From assembly GCA_023380755.1 (NCBI GenBank), contig JAMCSD010000002.1, positions 88,022-122,194 on the forward strand: a stretch of 34,173 nt of DNA. The letters run 5' to 3'. The DNA comes from Patescibacteria group bacterium. Lineage in GTDB: Bacteria; Patescibacteriota; Microgenomatia; UBA12405. The position numbers and the translations under genes were made by a program. Positions 28,105 through 34,173 of the stretch are shown here, one piece after another (positions within the stretch are counted from its first letter, which is position 1; each line of letters opens with the position of its first letter). The notes beneath the pieces were generated by a model. It was given only the letters and a program-made list of their open reading frames with translations, was not told where the DNA came from and did not search any database.

Positions 28105-29698
28105 AAAAAGTAGATGAATCCCCTATCGGGCTAAGAGGAATAAAATTTTTAAAATCCGGATCACTAAAAAGACTTTGGCGGCGCATTTCTTCAAGAGAGA
28201 TAATTAGTAAAGTGTGAGGTATGGTTTTGAGACCAGAAAAATTTATAGGTTGAAAACGGATATTATCAATTGATTCTACCTTTCCGGTATCATAATTGTT
28301 TGAAAGGAGTTTGGCTTGGTGTTGATATTGAGCGGGTGAATAACGATTAAAGAATAAATAAAAGATATATGGCTGGCCATAATAGTCTGAAAAGTAAATA
28401 TGGGAGACTGAAGATTGATTATTAGCCACAAAACGGGAAGCTTGTTGGTATCCATAGAGGAAGTCGGTAGGACTCTTTTTCACCATATGATTAAAATAAA
28501 GATCACTATAATAAACAAAGGATAATAAATAACCACCGATAATAAATATGCCCAAATATCTGATACGGGACTTATGAGATAAAAGAGACATCATTTTGGT
28601 GATACCTAAAGCTGAGAAGTAGATCAGAGATAGCGAGAGAGGTAGACTACGGACGGCATGAATAGTATCCCGAGTGAGTGACGAAGCAATCGGGCTTAAT
28701 AACAGCCATAACATAAAAAAAATGTTTAAAGTGATATTGCCGAAAGAAAGGAATGACAGCAGCCCGACTAGTAAAAATATTATTGAGGGGTAAAGAAGAA
28801 CTCCAATGTAGGGAGCTGATTGGCGGGCGTTCTGCCAATCACCTTCAAAAAAGAGAAATTGAGGCGAAAAATAATTCAAATAATGACCTAAGAAGTTGCG
28901 GGTAAAGAATATAAAACGGTTATAAAAAAGATGGTAGTCAAGAACTGAGGTCTCATTAATGATAAGTTGTTTTTCATCTTGACTCCGAGGATAAGAGAAA
29001 AGGCTTAAGACTTGAAGACGATTGGCGTCGTGGTTTAATAAGCCGACTAAAATAATTAGGGCAGCGATTAAAAGAGGGACGGAAAAAGATAAAAGAAAAG
29101 CCGAAAGTTTACTTTTAAATAATTGGAACTGAGTAAAGCAAAGGGAAATGATTATTAGAAGGGAAATGAGCTTAGCTGATTGATAGGTAAATAGACTAAG
29201 GGAAAATATTATTGAAGAGAAAAGATACCGCTTTTTAAAAAATAGTAGAGAGGCTAACGCAAGTTCGAAAAGAAAGACATTGGTTTCCCATGCACCGCGA
29301 GAAAAGTGGATATTCCAAGGATTGAATGCTAAAAGAAGAGCTCCGATAAAAGCCAGCTGACGGTTCTTTTTAAAAGGAAAGTGACGGGCTAGAAAGTAAA
29401 AAACCAGCGGGAGAAGAGACCCTAAGATAATTGACGGTAGTCTGACCGAGAGAGTGGAAAGACCAAAAAGGTAAACAAATGGAACTGTTAAATAAACATA
29501 AAGACCAGGCTTATAATCACCAAAAGACTTAAAAATAAGGGGGAGTAAGTTTCCATATTCATCTTTTAAAGTTTTGGAAATAGAATAAGCATTATAACCC
29601 AGAGAAGCCTCATCCCAAGAAGGCGGCGGATAGGAATTAACTTTATAAATTCTGATTAAAAAGCTGGCAAAAAATAATAATATCAACCACTTTTTCAT
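28085..29698 (-). CDS. GT-C membrane glycosyltransferase (PMT_2/ArnT-like), paralog 4
   Basis: PPPSWDEASLGYNAYSISKTLKDEYG, SFGDYKP, VRLP, NPWNIHFSRGAWE. Confidence 0.9.
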   Translation of the reverse strand: MKKWLILLFFASFLIRIYKVNSYPPPSWDEASLGYNAYSISKTLKDEYGNLLPLIFKSFGDYKPGLYVYLTVPFVYLFGLSTLSVRLPSIILGSLLPLVFYFLARHFPFKKNRQLAFIGALLLAFNPWNIHFSRGAWETNVFLFELALASLLFFKKRYLFSSIIFSLSLFTYQSAKLISLLIIISLCFTQFQLFKSKLSAFLLSFSVPLLIAALIILVGLLNHDANRLQVLSLFSYPRSQDEKQLIINETSVLDYHLFYNRFIFFTRNFLGHYLNYFSPQFLFFEGDWQNARQSAPYIGVLLYPSIIFLLVGLLSFLSFGNITLNIFFMLWLLLSPIASSLTRDTIHAVRSLPLSLSLIYFSALGITKMMSLLSHKSRIRYLGIFIIGGYLLSFVYYSDLYFNHMVKKSPTDFLYGYQQASRFVANNQSSVSHIYFSDYYGQPYIFYLFFNRYSPAQYQHQAKLLSNNYDTGKVESIDNIRFQPINFSGLKTIPHTLLIISLEEMRRQSLFSDPDFKNFIPLSPIGDSSTFYAYFTK

Positions 29699-31239
29699 AA
29701 TTTAACAATATCGAACGCTGGTTTTTTATCCAGAAAATAAATCGTCTTGAGTAAAATCGCATTAGCGGGATAATTTCCCGGACTGGTAATTAGTAAGGAG
29801 TTATGGGTGTCTTCAGTTTTTGATTTAACTTCCCAGTCGTTAAGAAAATAAATGTTTTGAAATCGATCAATCCAGTACCAGTCAGCATGGTAATTCCAAT
29901 CTTTACTGGGGCCTTGTTGGTAATTGGCGGGATCTATTGGCCAATAAAATAACAAAAATTCATGAGGTTCGCCATATTTTTTAGTAATATAGATATTTTT
30001 AAATAGAGCGCCATTATTTTTAATAAACTGAATAGCTTCCTCGTAACCATATTGCCATGACCATGAGTAATTAACAGCATAAGCCTGGTAACGGCTAGCG
30101 AAAGAAAATAAGTAAAAGAACAGAATAACAAAAAGAAGTGGGAAAGCAAGTTTATTTTTAATAATGGAAATACCAAGAGCGGTAATGATAGTAGCTAAAA
30201 CAAGAAATACCGAGCTGCGAAGTGTGTGGGGCGCATCACGCGTAATCGCAGAAGGTAGAGGCGAAACTAGATACCAGTAAAGGAGCCAACTCCTATTTTT
30301 AAAAAGGAAGAATAATCCAATAGCGTAAAAAGGGATAAATAAAGAATATATTAATGGGAAATTAGGTATATTAAATTGATAATTACTGCTACCGGAGAAA
30401 AAAAGATATCGTGGATCAATGATTTTTAAATAATTTTCGGCTGAATAGAAAATAAAATAAGTAACTTTATTGTGAATTACTTTACCGATAAGCGGAGGAA
30501 GAGATTGTCGACGTTGCTCTATGCGATTAATTGTTCCTTGATCAATTAAACTTACTAATTTGTAACGAGATTGGCCGGTAGTAGCAAAAAAGGTTTGATA
30601 AAGGAAAAGGAGTATGGCGGCGATAAAAACAAAGAAGGGTAAGTTAAGTTTAATGGGACGAAAATAAAAAAGGGTTATAAGGTAAAAAGGTAATATAACC
30701 CGGGAATTATTATAAGTAAAAAGACACAGGGAAAAGAGAATTAAGCTGAAAGATACCTTCTTTGAAAAAAGAAAATAGAGAGAAAAGACAAAAAGGGTTA
30801 AGAAAAGGTTGGCTTCTAGAGCTATCCGAGATAAAAAGATAGACCACGGAAGAAAGGTAATTAATAATGACGAAAGGAATGGTAAATGTTTGTTATTTTT
30901 AAAGGCAACTTTGGTTAGAAGAAAAACTCCTATTGGGAGAAGGGCACCGCTGATGACCGAGAGAAGTCGAACAGAAATAACATTAAGGCCAAAAAGAGAA
31001 ATAAAAGGGAGAGAAAAATAGATATAAACTGGTAACTTGAAGTCTCCATAAGCGCGAAAGATGGTAGGAAAATAATTCCCCCATTCATCTTTACCAGTTT
31101 TTAAAATGGAATAAGCGTTATAACCAAGTGAGACTTCGTCCCAGTTGGGACTAGGAGGTAATTTAGTTATATCAATAAACCTAACAGTAAATGCCAAAGC
31201 TGCCAATAAAAGGAGAAAAAGAAATTCCTTTTTATTCAT
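29695..31239 (-). CDS. GT-C membrane glycosyltransferase (PMT_2/ArnT-like), paralog 3
   Basis: PPSPNWDEVSLGYNAYSILKTGKDEWG, AYGDFKLP, PWSIFLSRIALE, WQYGY. Confidence 0.9.
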   Translation of the reverse strand: MNKKEFLFLLLLAALAFTVRFIDITKLPPSPNWDEVSLGYNAYSILKTGKDEWGNYFPTIFRAYGDFKLPVYIYFSLPFISLFGLNVISVRLLSVISGALLPIGVFLLTKVAFKNNKHLPFLSSLLITFLPWSIFLSRIALEANLFLTLFVFSLYFLFSKKVSFSLILFSLCLFTYNNSRVILPFYLITLFYFRPIKLNLPFFVFIAAILLFLYQTFFATTGQSRYKLVSLIDQGTINRIEQRRQSLPPLIGKVIHNKVTYFIFYSAENYLKIIDPRYLFFSGSSNYQFNIPNFPLIYSLFIPFYAIGLFFLFKNRSWLLYWYLVSPLPSAITRDAPHTLRSSVFLVLATIITALGISIIKNKLAFPLLFVILFFYLFSFASRYQAYAVNYSWSWQYGYEEAIQFIKNNGALFKNIYITKKYGEPHEFLLFYWPIDPANYQQGPSKDWNYHADWYWIDRFQNIYFLNDWEVKSKTEDTHNSLLITSPGNYPANAILLKTIYFLDKKPAFDIVKL

Positions 31240-32827
31240 GAGTATTAAAGATATAAATAGCGGCTTTTTGGTTAGAGGCGGAAGGATAATAAATTACAGC
31301 ATCGGGTTTTATACCGAGAAATTCTTCCGGTCGGCCAATCAAAATAGTATTGGGAATTTTAGCATCTTCAGCAAAGGAGATTTCTTTAAACGTAAAACGA
31401 CCTAAATTGTATTGGCCAAGCTGATCGACGAATGATTTACCTTGAGACTGATAGGCAAGCCAGGAAGCGGAAAAATGTTGGAAAATCTTGGGATCAAAAG
31501 CGGAAAAGAAAGCAACGTAGGCTTGAGGTTCGGAAAGTTTACGGGAGAAAACCACCTTCTTATTAGGAAAAGAAAGGGTATAGGCAACAGCCTGACGATT
31601 GCCAAAGAGCATTCCCTCGGCCAGGACCTCATTGGCATGAAAAAAGTAATTAAGGAAAAAATTAGTAGTTTCAAAGATGAAAAGAATAATAATAAAAACT
31701 TTAAAAATAACATTTTTAGAAGATAAAAGCTGATAAAATCCACAGGAAGCAAGAATAAGAAAGAAAGGTAAACCGATAAGTAGGCGATTGGCGGGATAAG
31801 TTCCCTTAGAGAGAGCTGCGGGAATACAAGCGAGAAGAATACCGGCTAGAAGCCAAAGGATTTTGCGGTTAGGCTTAAGAAGAGAGATTAGGAGACAAAG
31901 TGTAACTGCAAAACCAAGGACGCCAAAACCGGGTAGCATGCCATATGTGGTTTCCGATGGGCCACTGGTAATTAAAAATTGGGGTGAAAGATAAGATAAA
32001 AAATTGTTGATAAACAAACCGATAACTTCTGTTAACTTATTATTGAAGGAACGGTTAATTAAAAGCGGCAAGCCATTACGGTTAAGATCGTATTGAAGTG
32101 AAGATAAAGACCGCCATTTATCGGTAGGATTAAAGATCGAGATATCCCCTGCCCTGGTAGCTGAAGAGGAGAGAGCAGTGATACCGAAAACAATTAATAA
32201 GAAGGTAAAGATAATTAAAAAAAGGCGTTGATAACGACGAAGGAAATAAGTAGAAAAATAAACAAAAATCGGAGTAAAAAACTTAGCTGAATGATAAGAA
32301 AATAAACTGAGGATGAAGACGGTAGCCGCAGCAATATGATTTAAAAATTTTTTCGATAACCACAGGAGAGCAGCCAAGATAATTAAAAATAGTGATAAGT
32401 TAGCTTCTAAAGCCAGACGGCTTACCGGAACATGCCAAGGAGAGACCGCCAGTAAAAGGGCAGAGATGAGAGCGATGGTGGAATTTTTGAAGATGAGGTA
32501 GGCTAGGGCGAAAAGGCAAAAAACTGAAAGGGTACCAAAAAACGCGCTAGGAAAGCGGATAGAGAAAGTATTGAGGCCAAAAAGTTTAATTGACGGTATC
32601 ATGAAAAATGTTTGCAGAGGCGGTTTGAAGTCGCCAAATGAACGGAGGCTTAAAAGATTCCGACTCCCCCATTCGTCTTGTCCGGTCTGAATAATGGAAT
32701 AAGCGGTATATCCTTGAGCGATTTCGTCGGGAGTGTAACTGTTCGGAAGCTCTCCAAGGGAATAAAAACGTAAAAAGGCGGCCAAAATTAGAATAACGAC
32801 GAGAATAAAGATATGTTTAGGAGTCAT
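31232..32827 (-). CDS. GT-C membrane glycosyltransferase (PMT_2/ArnT-like), paralog 2
   Basis: PNSYTPDEIAQGYTAYSIIQTGQDEWG, SFGDFKPP, IRFP, SPWHVPVSRLALE. Confidence 0.9.
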   Translation of the reverse strand: MTPKHIFILVVILILAAFLRFYSLGELPNSYTPDEIAQGYTAYSIIQTGQDEWGSRNLLSLRSFGDFKPPLQTFFMIPSIKLFGLNTFSIRFPSAFFGTLSVFCLFALAYLIFKNSTIALISALLLAVSPWHVPVSRLALEANLSLFLIILAALLWLSKKFLNHIAAATVFILSLFSYHSAKFFTPIFVYFSTYFLRRYQRLFLIIFTFLLIVFGITALSSSATRAGDISIFNPTDKWRSLSSLQYDLNRNGLPLLINRSFNNKLTEVIGLFINNFLSYLSPQFLITSGPSETTYGMLPGFGVLGFAVTLCLLISLLKPNRKILWLLAGILLACIPAALSKGTYPANRLLIGLPFFLILASCGFYQLLSSKNVIFKVFIIILFIFETTNFFLNYFFHANEVLAEGMLFGNRQAVAYTLSFPNKKVVFSRKLSEPQAYVAFFSAFDPKIFQHFSASWLAYQSQGKSFVDQLGQYNLGRFTFKEISFAEDAKIPNTILIGRPEEFLGIKPDAVIYYPSASNQKAAIYIFNTHE

Positions 32828-34173
32828 TATTGTTTTTGAATAACTTGACCAAAAATAGTGTGGTTAGGGAAATAGACGGTTTTTAGGGTAGAAAAACCAG
32901 GTATAGGATGTAAAGATAAATCCCAATCACCAGGAATATCTTTTAGTTGCAACAGGAAAAAGATATCACCGCTTTGAGCAAAAGAAGATATCTCATCTAA
33001 AGGCTGGCTGGAATGCCAGTCATTAATAAAGAATACACTCTGACTAAGGCGAAAGCCGTCGAATTTATTAAAGATATTGGGAAAAGTTTGGTCAGAAAAG
33101 ACAGCTGTATGAACTAGCAGCGGCGAGATGTGCTGATAAAAAAGAAAAGGTAACGTGGCATTAAAGTTTGAATCATCGACGAAAACGCGGTGATTAGAAG
33201 TGGGGATAGAATATAGCTGGTCGTAGCCATAATTCCATTGAAGAAAATATTCTTTAGGGTAATGGACAAAGTATTCATGTAAAAAGCTGAAGAAGTGGAA
33301 AGAGAATAAAAGGAGAAGGATTGTGGTCAGGAATTTAGGTTTAAGAGTAAAAATTCCTTTAGCTATGAAATAAAATAAAGCCGGTAAAATGAGAAAAAGC
33401 CGAGTGGCGTGTGTGGCTCCATCTGTTGTGAGAGCAGAAGGAATTGGAGAAATTAAAAGCCAAAAAGTGAAGAGGTTAAATTTAGAGGACAGAATACCAA
33501 TAATTAAAAATGGTAATAAAAAGAAAGAGATTAAGCCAAAGCCGGGAACGGTTTGCCGAGGATTGGGATCACCGGAAACAAACAAGAAAGATGGCGACAG
33601 AGAGGTGATATAGTTTGAGGTAAAACTATTGACAAAAGACAAAACCTTATTATGGAAGACTGATTCAATAAAACTATTTGAGGAAGAAAAACCGGTTCTT
33701 TTAAAAATAATCGTATTAATAATTTTCGGATCGTTAAAAATTGAAATTCGGTTAAAGCGATCACTAGCGTGGCCAAATATGACGGAAAAGGCAATTGGCA
33801 GGAGGAAAATAGTTAAAGCTAAAATAGGTTTATAAAAGTGGGAAAATGAGACATTTTTATTAATTTTAAAAACATAAAAGGTGAGAAATAAAATAAGGAG
33901 TGGGGTGAACACATTGGCTGTGTTATAGGTGTAAAAAGTAAGTCCGAAAAGAACTGCAGCTAGAGAAAAGTGATTTTTAAGAAAGAAATAAGTACCACTT
34001 AGAAGTAAAGTTAAAAGTAGGGAGACCTCAAAGGCCGAGCGCCCATAAATAAGGTGCCAATAAGAAAGGCCGAGAAGAAAGGTGGATAAGAGAGAAAAAT
34101 ATTTATCTTTGGAGAAGAGGCGTAAAAGGAGAAAGAAAAAGTAAAGTGAGAGAAGGCTAAAGGCAACTTCTGG
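32827..34173 (-). CDS. GT-C membrane glycosyltransferase (PMT_2/ArnT-like), paralog 1 (5' end truncated by window)
   Basis: The frame stays open beyond the track's 33912 start to the window edge: PEVAFSLLSLYFF...SYWHLIYGRSAFE...YTYNTANVFTP. It then has LSPSFLFVSGD, HATR and WNYGY, aligning with the downstream paralogs. Confidence 0.88.
   Translation of the reverse strand, partial: PEVAFSLLSLYFFFLLLRLFSKDKYFSLLSTFLLGLSYWHLIYGRSAFEVSLLLTLLLSGTYFFLKNHFSLAAVLFGLTFYTYNTANVFTPLLILFLTFYVFKINKNVSFSHFYKPILALTIFLLPIAFSVIFGHASDRFNRISIFNDPKIINTIIFKRTGFSSSNSFIESVFHNKVLSFVNSFTSNYITSLSPSFLFVSGDPNPRQTVPGFGLISFFLLPFLIIGILSSKFNLFTFWLLISPIPSALTTDGATHATRLFLILPALFYFIAKGIFTLKPKFLTTILLLLFSFHFFSFLHEYFVHYPKEYFLQWNYGYDQLYSIPTSNHRVFVDDSNFNATLPFLFYQHISPLLVHTAVFSDQTFPNIFNKFDGFRLSQSVFFINDWHSSQPLDEISSFAQSGDIFFLLQLKDIPGDWDLSLHPIPGFSTLKTVYFPNHTIFGQVIQKQ

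Noticed and set aside
26491-34173. arnT lipid A modification (polymyxin resistance) genes
   Set aside because: No arnABD/EF or lipid A genes are nearby. The similarity is only at GT-C family level, and five diverged copies argue against it.
1-34173. Alternative genetic code (UGA=Gly), CRISPR arrays, tRNA/rRNA, IS elements
   Set aside because: TGA is used as a stop in several ATGA overlaps and genes are full length under code 11. No non-coding space or repeat structure exists for the others.

Overview
A 34 kb, AT-rich and almost fully coding bacterial cell-envelope glycosylation locus with 27 CDSs, two of them cut by the window edges. It most likely comes from a Patescibacteria/CPR (Microgenomates-like) genome. 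That assignment is inference from gene content, overlapping start/stop codons, few SD motifs and strong strand skew. Reading the minus strand from the right end, the order is: five tandem paralogous GT-C (PMT_2/ArnT-like) membrane glycosyltransferases; GT2, GT4 and a polyprenyl-phosphate-sugar synthase-like GT2; then a block where three cobalamin-binding radical SAM enzymes, one Twitch/SPASM radical SAM enzyme and a hexapeptide acyltransferase are interleaved with GT2/GT4 genes. A convergent plus-strand trio follows (YvcK/CofD-family protein, wzm, TMTC-like GT-C with TPRs). The last minus-strand operon has wzt (no carbohydrate-binding module), GT4, a double-methyltransferase with a coiled coil (WbdD-like), a GT8-like/GT4 fusion, an MBOAT and an AlgJ/AlgX-like SGNH protein that the ORF track missed. 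The best candidate for an undescribed system is radical-SAM/B12 tailoring of a lipid-linked surface glycan, coupled to a multi-GT-C glycosylation machine. No RNA genes, CRISPR arrays or mobile elements were recognised. All family calls come from motif recognition by eye, not database searches.
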